DNA from: a virus
Taxonomy: Duplodnaviria; Heunggongvirae; Uroviricota; Caudoviricetes
Reading direction: 5' to 3' (one strand)
IMG/VR virus record: IMGVR_UViG_2684623189_000005
DNA: 64,000 nt
Shown here: piece after piece, positions 51,386 through 62,420 of the stretch
How the letters are laid out: every line of letters begins with the position of its first letter
Numbering within the stretch: position 1 is the stretch's first letter
Program-made: the position numbers and the translations under genes
The notes under the pieces: model-generated
What the model saw: only the letters and a program-made list of their open reading frames with translations
Told to the model about the DNA's origin: nothing
Databases searched by the model: none

Positions 51386-51752
51386 AAACAGCCATTCCAC
51401 CATCAACGTGTGTTTTTGCATCTGAGGACATAATCAGAATCACCCGACCAACATCCGCAAGCTCAACGGATTCCCCCGTTTCACCATCAACGCCACAGAG
51501 ATGGAGGCAGGTCAGAACTCTGATGCGCGTTAACGCGCCGGATGTTTCCTCACGAACATCATGAGCCGCGGTTTCCCGCTCCCGGATATCCATATTCATA
51601 ACCTGTACATCATCGCCGGATGACTGCATTTCCTCTTCCCATTCTGCCACCCGCTGCGCTATCTCTGCGGCACTCCCGGATATATCCGGCTCACGCCCCA
51701 GAATCAGGGCCAGTTCATCAAGCCGTTTCAGATTTTGCTCTTTCGTTGCCAT
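51378..51752 (-). CDS. FI: DNA-packaging protein FI
   Basis: Start MATKEQNLKRLDELALILGREP. Confidence 0.7.
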   Translation of the reverse strand: MATKEQNLKRLDELALILGREPDISGSAAEIAQRVAEWEEEMQSSGDDVQVMNMDIRERETAAHDVREETSGALTRIRVLTCLHLCGVDGETGESVELADVGRVILIMSSDAKTHVDGGMAVYA

Positions 51753-51803
51753 ATCAGCCCCCTGTGAAAAAAGACACGGGGGCATTTCGCCCCCGCTCAC
51801 GGA

Positions 51804-52832
51804 TTATTTCACCTGTACCACCACAAACTCATCCGGGTCCGGCAACACCATCAGCGGCGCGGACTGCGTCATGGTAAATTCACGGGCGGGATCCCCTACC
51901 GTCAGCCAGTGTTTCGGATAACGGGAAGAGGCCACCACACCTTCGGACAACGCCTGAGCATCCTGAATGGCACCGTAACAACGGATCCCATCTGCAGCAG
52001 TATTCCCCAGAACCAGCATGCCATCTGGAAGATAACGTTTTTCGATACCGTCTTCTGCTATATAAGACGTTTTCGCCACCACAATGGCCAGATCGCCGTA
52101 ATACCCCTTGAAGGACACCACTGCGCCCAGATCTTTCACTGCCGTTTCGAGTTGAGAATTTGAACCGCGACGGGTATCCAGTTTTTCGCGGAACAGCTTA
52201 AAACCATTCAGAAGACGCCAGACGGTACCGTCCATAATGGCAATATTCACAAGACCGCTGGCCAGGTCGCAGTAGAGGTCAATATCATGTGTAGGATCGA
52301 ACGTGTCACGATCCTGTTTTGACCACTCCTTACCACTACCCTGAGTGATGTTATTCTTCGTCGACCTGCCAAAATCGACCTCAATTTTCTCGAACTGGTC
52401 TCCTTCCATGGTGTATTTGCCATACAACACAGCATTTACCGCCTGCATTTCTTCCACCTGGACAATCGCGTGCTCTTCCTGTTTGAGGTTATCGGTAATG
52501 ATACGCAGACGGCGGTAAGCCGGATCATTCAGTTGAGATGGATCTTCACCAGGAAGGCGCTCAACCGCCTGCTGGTAATTAAATTCGTGTTTCGGCTTGA
52601 CGTAGCCCGGACGCAACACGCGGGTTTCACCACCACGATGACGCAGCACTTTTCCTTCAACAACCGGGGAGACATAGGCCGCCACCGGCGTTTTTCCGGT
52701 AATTTTGTCCAGCATCACCTCTTCGGTATGGAAATTCACCGTACGGCGGAAAAACAGCTCCAGAAACAGCGCACGAAATTTAACTTTTTGTTCGGTATAA
52801 CCGAGTAACTGGCGGGTCGTAAACAATCCCAT
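51804..52832 (-). CDS. E: major capsid protein E
   Basis: 342 aa, MGLFTTRQLLGYTEQKVKFRALFLELFF... Confidence 0.9.
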   Translation of the reverse strand: MGLFTTRQLLGYTEQKVKFRALFLELFFRRTVNFHTEEVMLDKITGKTPVAAYVSPVVEGKVLRHRGGETRVLRPGYVKPKHEFNYQQAVERLPGEDPSQLNDPAYRRLRIITDNLKQEEHAIVQVEEMQAVNAVLYGKYTMEGDQFEKIEVDFGRSTKNNITQGSGKEWSKQDRDTFDPTHDIDLYCDLASGLVNIAIMDGTVWRLLNGFKLFREKLDTRRGSNSQLETAVKDLGAVVSFKGYYGDLAIVVAKTSYIAEDGIEKRYLPDGMLVLGNTAADGIRCYGAIQDAQALSEGVVASSRYPKHWLTVGDPAREFTMTQSAPLMVLPDPDEFVVVQVK

Positions 52833-52889
52833 AAATCAGTTCCTTTCATTCAGAAATCAGTCAGGCCACCGCGGTGGCCTGATAACGTG

Positions 52890-53237
52890 TTACGGCAGCG
52901 CCGCGTGACTCAGGGCACTGCCAGCAAAGGCGTTGGCCTTTTTGTGTTCATCCACACTTTCAGGCCAGTGGATTGCCTCCGTCGCAAAGGTTCCCGACTT
53001 GTAATACGTCAGCGCCGTCTCTGTGCCTTCAAGCGGCAGTACCAGTATGCCAACCGCACTACCGGCTTTCTGTCCGTCCCAGACCACCAGTTTCCCGGTG
53101 GCTTCATCCAGCATCAGGGGCGTCAGTGCCGGTGTTGGCGAGGAAATCCCGCTGCTGCCTGTGGCGGTATGAGCCGGATCATTACCGGCAAAAATACGTA
53201 CTTCCGCACGCTGTTCAGTGATGGTTTTCGTCACCAT
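52890..53237 (-). CDS. D: capsid decoration protein D
   Basis: 115 aa, ...DPAHTATGSSGIS...YYKSGTFA... Confidence 0.85.
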   Translation of the reverse strand: MVTKTITEQRAEVRIFAGNDPAHTATGSSGISSPTPALTPLMLDEATGKLVVWDGQKAGSAVGILVLPLEGTETALTYYKSGTFATEAIHWPESVDEHKKANAFAGSALSHAALP

Positions 53238-53273
53238 ATTGTAAAAACCTCCTATTGATGGTCAGCACTGACT

Positions 53274-54779
53274 TCATGGCATGGCCATGAGCATTTTCAC
53301 GTCCGCATCACCGTCTGCTGACGTCTGTGCCACGCCACCCTGTACCGCTGCCGGTGAATGGTTCGCCATGAAATGTTCAAACATGGCGGTTGTGGATGCA
53401 GAGACCGGTTCTGCCTTACCTGATCCCGCAGCCAGCACAGCCCGGGCGCTCTCCACTGTCATTCCCGGGCAGGCAGCCAGCTGTTCAGCCTGCGCCTCAG
53501 CCCCTTTTGCCTCATCCAGTGCCATGATCTGATCACGGAGTGATGGTCCGGCATCCGCCTGCGGTGAAGCAGCCAGGATCGGGCGGGCTTTTTCCACCGT
53601 CATCTCCGGCATCGCCGCCAGCGTTGCCGCCAGTTGTTCACGACCGTTCGCTTCTTCACACACCATAATGCGATCGGCTTCACTCTGCGTGGATGCCACC
53701 GGCTGCTGCGGTGCCGCCGCGGCCAGAATCGCCCGGGCCTGTTCAACGCTCATGCCCTGTTGTCCTGCCAGCATCGTGGCAAGCTGTTCACGTCCTTTCG
53801 CTTCCTGGCATGTCAGGATCCCCATCACTCGCTGGTTCTCCTGCGCGGCGGCTTCCGTTGCAGTTAATTGCGGCATAGTGCCTCCTCTGACATTACTGTT
53901 CAGCGCCGTGGCCATCACACTGATGGCATCCGACGCATTGATTAATTCATCCGCCAGCCCGGCCTCAATGCCGGACTGACCTTCAAAAACGGCAGCCTCT
54001 GTTCCCGTGACGGCATCAACAGACAGACCGGTATACATCGCCACTTTTTCGGCAAACATCCGGCGCGCCGCATCAATCCGCTGCTGCATGTCCTGGCGAA
54101 CCTCTGCCGGCAACGCTTCAAACTGATTGCCATCCACCTTGTGCGCCCCTGAGTAAATCAGCGTGATATCCACACCGGCCTGCGCCAGATGACCGGCATA
54201 GCTGACATGGCTCATCATCACGCCAATGGAGCCGATACGGGATGTCTGGGTAACCAGCCGTCGGGAGCAGGCCGACGCCAGCAGCATGGCTGCAGAACAG
54301 GCCGTGTCATTGCACAGTGCCCAGACCGGCTTCTGCTGACGGAGGCGGTAAATCATGTCAGCGCAGTCAAACGCGCCGGCGGCCTGCCCGCCCGGACTGT
54401 CAATGTCCAGCAGTACGCCCCGCACCTGGCTATCCGCCATTGCCTGCTGAAGACAGGCGACAATGCCGTCATAGCCTGTCATTCCGGAAAATGGCCGCAT
54501 ACCACCCAGCCGGTGCACCAGCGTGCCGGTCACCGGCAGTACAGCAATACCGTTCACCACCCGGTAAACACGGGCCGGTCGTTTACCTCCGGCCATGTAC
54601 TCGTCCGTTTCAGCCAGCATTCCGGGAGCATCAAACTGTACCTGCTGTTGTGGTACCGAAAGACTTGCTGCCCCCATCTCGCGCCCGAGCGCGCAAAAGA
54701 AAACCCGCGCATAGGCGGGCTCCAGAAGCAGCGGTTCATTGAATGCTGCGGCAATAATGTGTGAAAGATTACGTCTCAC
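53274..54779 (-). CDS. C: head protease/scaffold protein C (S49/ClpP-like) with triplicated ~37-aa C-terminal repeat
   Basis: 501 aa, longer than lambda C as recalled; three EAKGREQLA...MxVEQARAILAA-type repeats. Confidence 0.8.
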   Translation of the reverse strand: MRRNLSHIIAAAFNEPLLLEPAYARVFFCALGREMGAASLSVPQQQVQFDAPGMLAETDEYMAGGKRPARVYRVVNGIAVLPVTGTLVHRLGGMRPFSGMTGYDGIVACLQQAMADSQVRGVLLDIDSPGGQAAGAFDCADMIYRLRQQKPVWALCNDTACSAAMLLASACSRRLVTQTSRIGSIGVMMSHVSYAGHLAQAGVDITLIYSGAHKVDGNQFEALPAEVRQDMQQRIDAARRMFAEKVAMYTGLSVDAVTGTEAAVFEGQSGIEAGLADELINASDAISVMATALNSNVRGGTMPQLTATEAAAQENQRVMGILTCQEAKGREQLATMLAGQQGMSVEQARAILAAAAPQQPVASTQSEADRIMVCEEANGREQLAATLAAMPEMTVEKARPILAASPQADAGPSLRDQIMALDEAKGAEAQAEQLAACPGMTVESARAVLAAGSGKAEPVSASTTAMFEHFMANHSPAAVQGGVAQTSADGDADVKMLMAMP

Positions 54780-56361
54780 GTGGTGTTGTCTCCTCTTCCG
54801 GCCTACGACTCTCCGCTATCTGCTGCTGATACGCCTGCTCTATCCACACCGGACGTGAGAGTCCGGCTTTTTGCCGCTCTGCAGATTCCCTGACCTGCTG
54901 GCGGAAAATGTCCTGATAATCCTCGCCCATCAGCGCCAGCTCTTTCTCATACGTGCTCAGTCCGGCCTCAATGCGCATCACTGATTCCTGGACTTCCTTG
55001 AGCCCGTCAATGGCCATTCTTCCGGCACCAATCCACTCTGCCCGTGACCAGGCTGATCGCGCCTGATAAAAATCAAAACGTGCCCGTGGCGGACGAATAA
55101 TCCCCCGAAGAAGTGCCTCTTCCAGCCAGCAGGAAAACATCTGCGTGGCCAGCCGGGCCGCAATAAATTTTCGCCGCCCCATAAAATAGCGCCACGACTC
55201 ATTGGCGGAGGCGCGGGCACTTGAGTAACTGACCTTCGAGTAATCACGGGACAACTGTTCGTAGGAAACGCCAAGACCGGCGGCGATATACCGCAGCAGC
55301 GCCTGTTCAAGCGCAGAAAATCCATTGTCTGAATCCTGCGCAGTCTGTAGTTTCAGATCATCACCAGGGAAAAGGTGCGGAATTTTGACACCGCCCAGTG
55401 TCACGTTATTCGTGTCATACCAGCTGGAAAACTTCTCCAGAATATTAATAAGCGGATTATCCTTCTGCTCCTGTGGCGCGCCGGCGATATATTCAAAGGC
55501 CTTTTCGGTATCAAGTTCACTTTCAATCGTCGCTGCATACATCGCCTTCACTATGGCCGACTGAAGCTGTGTTGCCTGCAGGGAATCGAGCATCTTCAGC
55601 CGTTCCATGACGCTGTAAAACTGATTAGCCCCACGGGTCTGCCCGTCCTCCACCGGCTCGAAAATATGCAGCATGGCCGGACGCCCGGTGGGAAGTTCAC
55701 GCGGGATCCGTTCCCATCGTCCACTACCAGAGAACGGAAAATCATCCTCACAGATATGGTACGCGACGGCACGGCCATATCGATCGACCTCCACACCGGC
55801 CCGCAGAAAACGGTTCCCCATACCGTGTCCAGGCGTGTCCACCCGTTTCGGACTCACGGCTTTAAAACGCGTACGGAATAACTGCGTGGTTTCCGTATCC
55901 CAGACCGGCTGCACAAAGATTTCGCCGTTAAACGCATGAACGCCCACACCTTCACGGATAAATTCCGTGAACGTGCGTTTTCCTTCCACGTCGATCTCGC
56001 CAAACATCCCTTCGGCGTATTCCGACCAGGCCGCCTCCACCTCATCGACAAAGCTTTTTGCTGCGGTCTCCCGCATCCCCAGCCAGCGCCAGTTCGGACG
56101 GTAGCTGATCAGAAACATATGCCCGACAATGTGATCCTTATGCAGAGCCACCGCATTAGCCGCTATTCCGTTATTGCGCACCAGATCATCTGCCCGGGCA
56201 TTCCCCAGACGCAACGCGGGCAGCAGGGCCGCATCGGCACTCTGCGCCGGTGGCAACCACTCAGCCATTTGCCCGCCAAATCCTGCACCGCCCCCGTTGT
56301 AGCTGAGACTCTCACGAAGCGGAACGCCGTTCACATCAATCAGGACAGGCGTTCGTTTCAT
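54769..56361 (-). CDS. B: portal protein B
   Basis: Start MKRTPVLIDVNGVPL..., overlapping the W stop. Confidence 0.9.
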   Translation of the reverse strand: MKRTPVLIDVNGVPLRESLSYNGGGAGFGGQMAEWLPPAQSADAALLPALRLGNARADDLVRNNGIAANAVALHKDHIVGHMFLISYRPNWRWLGMRETAAKSFVDEVEAAWSEYAEGMFGEIDVEGKRTFTEFIREGVGVHAFNGEIFVQPVWDTETTQLFRTRFKAVSPKRVDTPGHGMGNRFLRAGVEVDRYGRAVAYHICEDDFPFSGSGRWERIPRELPTGRPAMLHIFEPVEDGQTRGANQFYSVMERLKMLDSLQATQLQSAIVKAMYAATIESELDTEKAFEYIAGAPQEQKDNPLINILEKFSSWYDTNNVTLGGVKIPHLFPGDDLKLQTAQDSDNGFSALEQALLRYIAAGLGVSYEQLSRDYSKVSYSSARASANESWRYFMGRRKFIAARLATQMFSCWLEEALLRGIIRPPRARFDFYQARSAWSRAEWIGAGRMAIDGLKEVQESVMRIEAGLSTYEKELALMGEDYQDIFRQQVRESAERQKAGLSRPVWIEQAYQQQIAESRRPEEETTPRET

Positions 56362-56564
56362 AACCTCACTCCCAGCGGACGACGGCGACACCGGGTTGTC
56401 CCCAGTACCGACTCCGCATCATTGATCGCCCGGTTAAGCTCATCCAGAGAAGCCGCCGTATATTCAATTCTGCGACCATCTTTCTGGACAGACACCACCC
56501 GTTTACCGGTTAATAAATCAAGGCGCGCCTGACGCAGCGCCTGCAGTTCAGCGACTGTAACCAT
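56358..56564 (-). CDS. W: head-tail joining protein W
   Basis: 68 aa, ...LLTGKRVVSVQKDGRRIEYTAASL... Confidence 0.85.
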   Translation of the reverse strand: MVTVAELQALRQARLDLLTGKRVVSVQKDGRRIEYTAASLDELNRAINDAESVLGTTRCRRRPLGVRL

Positions 56565-58476
56565 TCACTCCTCCGGACAGCTTCGCTGCCAGTTCTTTAA
56601 GGGTTGGCCGGGTCGTCTCTTCTTCCCGGGATTTTGCCAGTACAGCCAGATCAAGCTGCCAGCGTTGCACGGACACACGTAATGCCGCGTAGGCATACAC
56701 CAGGCAGTCCAGCGCTTCGTTACGCCGCTTTTTGTTATCCCACAGCAGACGCATCTTTCCTTTTTCCCACTTCTCCACAAGCTCTTCCGCGACCAGTTGC
56801 TGCGCCTCTGTCTGCGAAAAAATCTCCGGATCATCAGGAAAACGGATAGCATACGACGTGGCTTCATCCACAGGCGTGGGATCGGCTTTCATACGGGCAT
56901 AGAGAATTTCTTTTGCGGTGTCCGTCCCCACTTCACACAGATACACGCCCCGCTGATTGCGGGTTTTTGGCATGGTGATCACCGGCTTGCCATAGACAGA
57001 TGCGCCTTTTACCGGCAGCACCCGGAAAACACCGTGTTTTTTTGACCTCTGATAAACGATTTCGCCATCGATCCCCCCGATGTCCCAGCAGACACGGGAA
57101 ATGGTCATTTCGGTTCCGTCTGCATGGCGGTATTTTTTGTTGATCGCCGCATCCACACGTAACAGCGTCTCTTCCTCATCGGGACGCCCCATAATGATGA
57201 TTTTATCCACCAGAAAGGCTTCCTCTCCCGGAGCCCATCCCCAGACATACATCTCAAAACGGTTTCGCTGCGAGTCAATGCCCGCCGTCAGATAAACCAC
57301 CCGGGCAGGCACCGCCGCCGTGTAACGCACAACCTTATCCATCAGCACCTGGTGATCGAGTTTTTCGCCCACAGCCTCTTCCCAGGTCTCGCCCAGCGTG
57401 GTGTTCACAAAGGTTTTCAGGCCGTTGGGATCTTTCAGTGCATCCAGCCAGTCATAGACAATCTGTACCCAGGTGGTGAACGGACTGTACGCCGTCCAGA
57501 TATGGAAAGTGATGGAGCGCGGCGGCGGAATTTCATCACCCCGGGCGCTGAAAAACATCAGGCCGTCACGGGTCCACATGCCCGTGTTTTCACAGATCCA
57601 CCGCCCGTTACTCTGGTCAAGCTCAGACTGATGGATCACACAGCCATGATGCTCACAAAGGTAGAAAACACTTTCTGGCTTATTCTTCTCCCACTTAAGA
57701 CCGAAAGGCGAGGCATCATCGCCAAATTTCAGATACTGCTCCTCCCCACAGTGCGGACAGGGCACATAAAAACGCATGAAGTGTGCCGACTCGTTAGCGG
57801 CTTTTTCGATCTGGCAGGAGCCTTTGATTTTAGGCGTCGAGCCGCGAATGGATTTTGGCCATACAGAGCCCTCAATACGTTTATCCCCCAGCAGGGTTGG
57901 CGAACCCTCTTTTTCAACATCCGGTTCGAACGAGGAAAGCTCGTCATAACAGACCACATCCACGGATTTTTCACGGTAGTTTTTTGCTGCCGCACCACCC
58001 AGACACCAGAACCCCACACCGGAGGAAAAACGCTTCAGGGTGAGCGTATTATCGCGGTGTTTTCTTCCGAACCATGGAGCCAGCTCCAGCAATGCAGGAA
58101 CATCCCTTATCGTTGGCTCAACATGAGATTTCATAAAATCTTCAGCAGCTGAGTCCGTGGGCTGAAAAAGAAGGCTGTTGCGTGATTTATGCTCAATAAA
58201 ATAAGCCTCCACTCCCAGCAACATCTTTGTATAACCAACACGGGCAGATTTAATCAGGTTAACCGTGCGAATCAGATCGTTGCCCATACAGTTCATGATG
58301 CCAACCTGAAACGGCAGTGTTTCCCATCGCCCCGGGGTATAAGACGACTCTTTAGGAAGGTAATAATGTTTATTGGCCCACTGAACTGTCGTCAGTGGAA
58401 CAGGAATAATGAGAGATAAAAGCCCTGTAGCTATCGCACCGGCTGCATTAGCTGCCTTCTGCGCGTCTGAAATCAT
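56548..58476 (-). CDS. A: terminase large subunit A
   Basis: ~642 aa from internal Met MISDAQK...; ...[24 protein letters not shown]... Confidence 0.9.
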
Positions 58477-58996
58477 CGATCCACCCGCCCACGTTTTCAC
58501 CGGCCTTAGCTGCAACATTGGAGGCTTTCGCGATTTCAGTTTTCACCACATCAAGGTGTGATGGTGAAATGTCCGGATATTTACGCTGTAATGTCAACGG
58601 CACACGCACAAGTATCCCCGAAATCTCCTGTGCCACACGTTGCAGAATGAAGGTAAACAGTTCAGTTTCCAGCACTACTCCGTCTTCACGGGCATTTTTC
58701 AGTTCCTGCGCATCTGCCTGCGCTTTTGTGAGCCGGTAGCGTTCATAGTCAATGGTGCCGGGTTGTAAATCTGACTCCGCTGCCGCACGCAAATCGTCCA
58801 GTTCTTTGCGGAGCTTTTCGTTTTCGATATCAGTTTCCCTCTGCGCATACCACTGAATTGCCATGGCAGTATCAAATACAGATTCAATGCCCTTACTACC
58901 TTTGGAGGCGCAAGGGAGTCCCTGAGACTGCCAGCGTTCAATCGTCCGCGGGTCCACGTTGAAAATTTCGGCAAGCCTCTTTTTATTAACCTTCAT
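58448..58996 (-). CDS. Nu1: terminase small subunit Nu1
   Basis: 182 aa, [28 protein letters not shown]... Confidence 0.9.
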
Positions 58997-59172
58997 GAAA
59001 ACAACCCATTATCAAATACAAGGCCCGACATGAAAACGCCAGAAAAAGGCATTTTCGGACACTTTCATGTCGGACCTTTACGGATGCAATATTAAAAAAA
59101 ACAAAAAGTTATATTCGAGAAGTACCGACACGATTTTCCCTGAAAAATTTTCATAAATAGTGAAAAACCGCG

Positions 59173-59184
59173 AGGTCGCCGCCC
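59173..59184 (-). other. cos: cosN cohesive-end site
   Basis: Reverse complement GGGCGGCGACCT followed by CGCGGTTTTTCACTATTTATGAAAATTTTTCAGGG, closely matching the lambda left end as recalled. Confidence 0.75.
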
Positions 59185-59332
59185 CGTAACCTGTTGGATC
59201 GACGGAAAGGACCCGAAAACGAGAATAATTATCACTTACAGCAAGAATCGAATCTGATCTATTATGGTGCTTGCTATTATGTGCCGGCACAAGTGCGTCG
59301 TTTACCGTCATTTCACACAGAGGCATCATCAA

Positions 59333-59584
59333 ATGAAAATCAGAAATATTCTCGCTATCTCCCTTGCGACATCATCCTTCAGTTGCCTGGCATTTAAATC
59401 CTCGCCCAATGTGCTACCAGGACCAACGAATCAACTAACTGCGGTAGAAAGTAAAATTATCGGACATTTTTATGCCCCACACAGTACATTACCCGGAACA
59501 ACCATCACAGGGACATGTGACGCCTCCCCCGTCCCGGGATGCACCTGTCCGTTTTGTACTATGCTGCGTAGCCAAAACCGATAA
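59333..59584 (+). CDS. small secreted Cys-rich protein (moron)
   Basis: Signal-peptide-like N-terminus MKIRNILAISLATSSFSCLA; C-terminus GTCDASPVPGCTCPFCTM. Confidence 0.4.
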   Translation: MKIRNILAISLATSSFSCLAFKSSPNVLPGPTNQLTAVESKIIGHFYAPHSTLPGTTITGTCDASPVPGCTCPFCTMLRSQNR

Positions 59585-59947
59585 CATCCGCATTTACCTG
59601 GTATTCCATGATGAGTTCACGCAGCGACTGATAGAGGAAGGAAAGATGGTTAGTAAAAGCAAGGCGCATTGCCGCCGCATGCTGCAGGCATTGCAACAGA
59701 CGAGAGCAGGTATTTTTGACCAGTTGGAAAACTGCCAGCATACTTTGCCCGAGTATATCGCCATCTCATCGGAAACCAGTGCAACTCTTATTCATCGGGT
59801 TCCACCAGAGAAAAAGAAGAAATGAACAGTGAGGCGTTGTGTGGCATACAACGCCTTCTTCCATCATTCCTCGTCAGCCATGACAAAAATATAACCGCTG
59901 GCTCTTTCATTTTTCTCCTGCTTCCAGCCCCTCTCTACCTGGAAGCA

Positions 59948-60274
59948 TCAAGGACGTGACGGCGTAAAGATAAATTGTCTCTTCACTCCCTGACAGGGGC
60001 GATTCTTTTCAAATCGCCATTTCGCCATGGCCTTCACCACTTCATCACGAAACAAATTATGAGGCTCTGAGCGGAGAAAAACGATCCGTGTCACAGTCCC
60101 ATCAGCACCAATATCGAACTTAACCTCAACCAGCCCCTTGATATAATTTGCTGCAGCATATTCCGGATATCGTGGATACACCGTCACTAATTGCCGGGGC
60201 TCATCAGCTTTTTGCTGCGAGCATCCCACTGCCAGGACAGATAACAGAAAAAGTAGTAAAAGGCGTCTTTTCAT
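59948..60274 (-). CDS. lipoprotein with TonB-C-terminal-like domain (moron)
   Basis: MKRRLLLLFLLSVLAVGCSQ signal/lipobox; ...YPRYPEYAAANYIKGLVEVKFDIGADGTVTRIVFL... resembles the TonB C-terminal fold. Confidence 0.55.
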   Translation of the reverse strand: MKRRLLLLFLLSVLAVGCSQQKADEPRQLVTVYPRYPEYAAANYIKGLVEVKFDIGADGTVTRIVFLRSEPHNLFRDEVVKAMAKWRFEKNRPCQGVKRQFIFTPSRP

Positions 60275-60754
60275 TTTTATTCCTACGGGTCTTATTCTGA
60301 CAATATATCCTGTGTTCCAGACTGCCACATCACCACATCCTGTGCCATTATCTGACTCACATTACATACATCGCATCGGGATACAGTAGTAGCACTTTCT
60401 GTAATACAGCTTCCTGTTTCTTCCACCATCGCACCGGGATAAACCCGCGAATCATTAACGCGGTAAAAACCCGGTGTGCATCGTTTTTAATTATTCCCGC
60501 ACACTCACGCAGAAGGAATTCCCCGTCGGGCTACGGTCATGGTTAATGCGGGAATACGGCGACGATACAGCGCAGCTAAAAGGGTAATGGACGGATAGAC
60601 CGGTTTATTTCATTCCACAGGATTCTGAGTGTCCCCAACTTCCTCCAATAGTCTGAGCCCACCTGTGTAGTTTTAATTTTCATCAATCCATTTAACTATC
60701 GTTTAATTGTTGTCACATAGGATTCTGCCGTTTTTAACAATGCAGGATAATAAG

Positions 60755-61048
60755 ATGAAAAAAATGTTGTTTTCTGCCGCTCTGGCAATGCTTATTACAG
60801 GATGTGCTCAACAGACGTTTACTGTTGGAAACAAACCTACAGCAGTAACACCAAAGGAAACCATCACCCATCATTTCTTCGTTTCGGGAATTGGGCAGAA
60901 GAAAACTGTCGATGCAGCAAAAATTTGTGGTGGTGCAGAAAATGTTGTTAAAACAGAAACCCAGCAAACATTCGTAAATGGATTGCTCGGTTTTATTACT
61001 TTAGGCATTTATACTCCGCTGGAAGCGCGTGTGTATTGCTCACAATAA
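60755..61048 (+). CDS. bor: Bor-family lipoprotein
   Basis: 97 aa, MKKMLFSAALAMLITGCAQQTFTVGNKPTAVTPKE...; opposite strand to the lysis genes as in lambda. Confidence 0.85.
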   Translation: MKKMLFSAALAMLITGCAQQTFTVGNKPTAVTPKETITHHFFVSGIGQKKTVDAAKICGGAENVVKTETQQTFVNGLLGFITLGIYTPLEARVYCSQ

Positions 61049-61079
61049 TTGCATGAGTTGCCCATCGATATGGGCAGCT

Positions 61080-61553
61080 CTATCTGCACTGCTCATTAAT
61101 ATACTTCTGGGTTCCTTCCAGTTGTTTTTGCATAGTGATCAGCCTCTCTCTGAGGGTGAAATAATCCCGTTCAGCGGTGTCTGCCAGTCGGGGGGAGGCT
61201 GCATTATCCACGCCGGAGGCGGTGGTGGCTTCACGCACTGACTGACAGACTGCTTTGATGTGCAACCGACGACGACCAGCGGCAACATCATCACGCAGAG
61301 CATCATTTTCAGCTTTCGCATCAGCTAACTCCTTCGTGTATTTTGCATCGAGCGCAGCAACATCACGCTGACGCATCTGTATGTCAGTAATTACCGCGTT
61401 CGCCAGCGTCAGTTCTCTGGCATTTTTGTCGCGCTGGGCTTTGTAGGTAATGGCGTTATCACGGTAATGATTAACAGCCCATGACAGGCAGACGATGATG
61501 CAGATAACCAGAGCGGAGATAATCGCGGTTACTCTGTTCATTGCTGACCCCAC
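61080..61553 (-). CDS. Rz: i-spanin Rz
   Basis: N-terminal TM then coiled coil; overlaps the endolysin end. Confidence 0.85.
   Translation of the reverse strand: MGSAMNRVTAIISALVICIIVCLSWAVNHYRDNAITYKAQRDKNARELTLANAVITDIQMRQRDVAALDAKYTKELADAKAENDALRDDVAAGRRRLHIKAVCQSVREATTASGVDNAASPRLADTAERDYFTLRERLITMQKQLEGTQKYINEQCR
61139..61321 (-). CDS. Rz1: o-spanin Rz1 (embedded lipoprotein)
   Basis: 60 aa, lipobox VVGC, PPPPP-rich, +1 frame within Rz. Confidence 0.8.
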   Translation of the reverse strand: MRKLKMMLCVMMLPLVVVGCTSKQSVSQCVKPPPPPAWIMQPPPDWQTPLNGIISPSERG

Positions 61554-62035
61554 AAACAGATTTCACGCTCAATCTCACGACGAGTCATGAGACCTTTCCA
61601 TTGCTTACCGCCAGCATATGTCCAGCGACGTAGCTGATCACATGCGCCTTTGATATCGCCCTGGTTTATTTTGCGAAGAAGCGTCGATGTTCTGAAATTG
61701 CCAGCACCCACGTTGTAAACGAATGAGTAAAGAGCGCCGCGCATTGTTTCCGGTATATCGACTTTGATGTACGGGTTAATTTGTCTGGCGACCGTGGCAA
61801 GGTCTTTATTCAGGAGGGCTTTGCATTCTGCTTTGGTATACGTTTTACCGAGCATGATGTCTTTTCCTGTATGCCCGTGACATACAGTCCATACACCAAC
61901 AATATCTTTGTATGGTATGTAGCTGACACCTTCCAGACCATCGTTACCACTTGGGCCAGTGATTAACACTGATGCTATAGCAATTGCTCCGCCACCAATA
62001 GCAGCAGCAACGGCTTTTCGTAATGATGGAGGCAT
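61538..62035 (-). CDS. R: SAR endolysin (phage-21 R-type lysozyme)
   Basis: N-terminal signal-anchor-release-like [18 protein letters not shown]; lysozyme-type catalytic region. Confidence 0.85.
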   Translation of the reverse strand: MPPSLRKAVAAAIGGGAIAIASVLITGPSGNDGLEGVSYIPYKDIVGVWTVCHGHTGKDIMLGKTYTKAECKALLNKDLATVARQINPYIKVDIPETMRGALYSFVYNVGAGNFRTSTLLRKINQGDIKGACDQLRRWTYAGGKQWKGLMTRREIEREICLWGQQ

Positions 62036-62250
62036 TATTCACCTCTCGCAGCCTTGCGCTTATCTTCTTTAATCTTGAAATAAAGGTTTGTCAGGTACGT
62101 CAGCAGGCCAAATACCAGGCTACCCAGCACACCTATTGCCGCCCACTGTGAGGGCGTGACTTTATCGAGCAACTGTAAAAACCAGTACCCGGCACTACCT
62201 GCTGAGGTACCATAGGCGACACCCGTTGTTAACTTATCCATGGATTTCAT
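62035..62250 (-). CDS. S: pinholin (phage-21 S-type) with dual-start motif
   Basis: 71 aa, MKSMDKL...[51 protein letters not shown]. Confidence 0.85.
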
Positions 62251-62374
62251 AACCCCACCTCGCAGACAAAGCGGGTGTAAATTAAGGGGATACTACGTAT
62301 CGCAATAAAGGCAGAAACGTAACAGATTCGGAGTCAGTGAATAACTCAGGTATTGGGTTATCAGCTAATATCGA

Positions 62375-62412
62375 GACTCAAAAAATGGAAAAACCCGCTC
62401 GACGGCGGGTTT
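62375..62412 (-). terminator. rho-independent terminator upstream of the lysis genes (tR'-like)
   Basis: 8-bp stem AAACCCGC/GCGGGTTT followed on the minus strand by TTCCATTTTTT; ~130 bp upstream of the holin. Confidence 0.55.
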
Positions 62413-62420
62413 AAGCTGTG

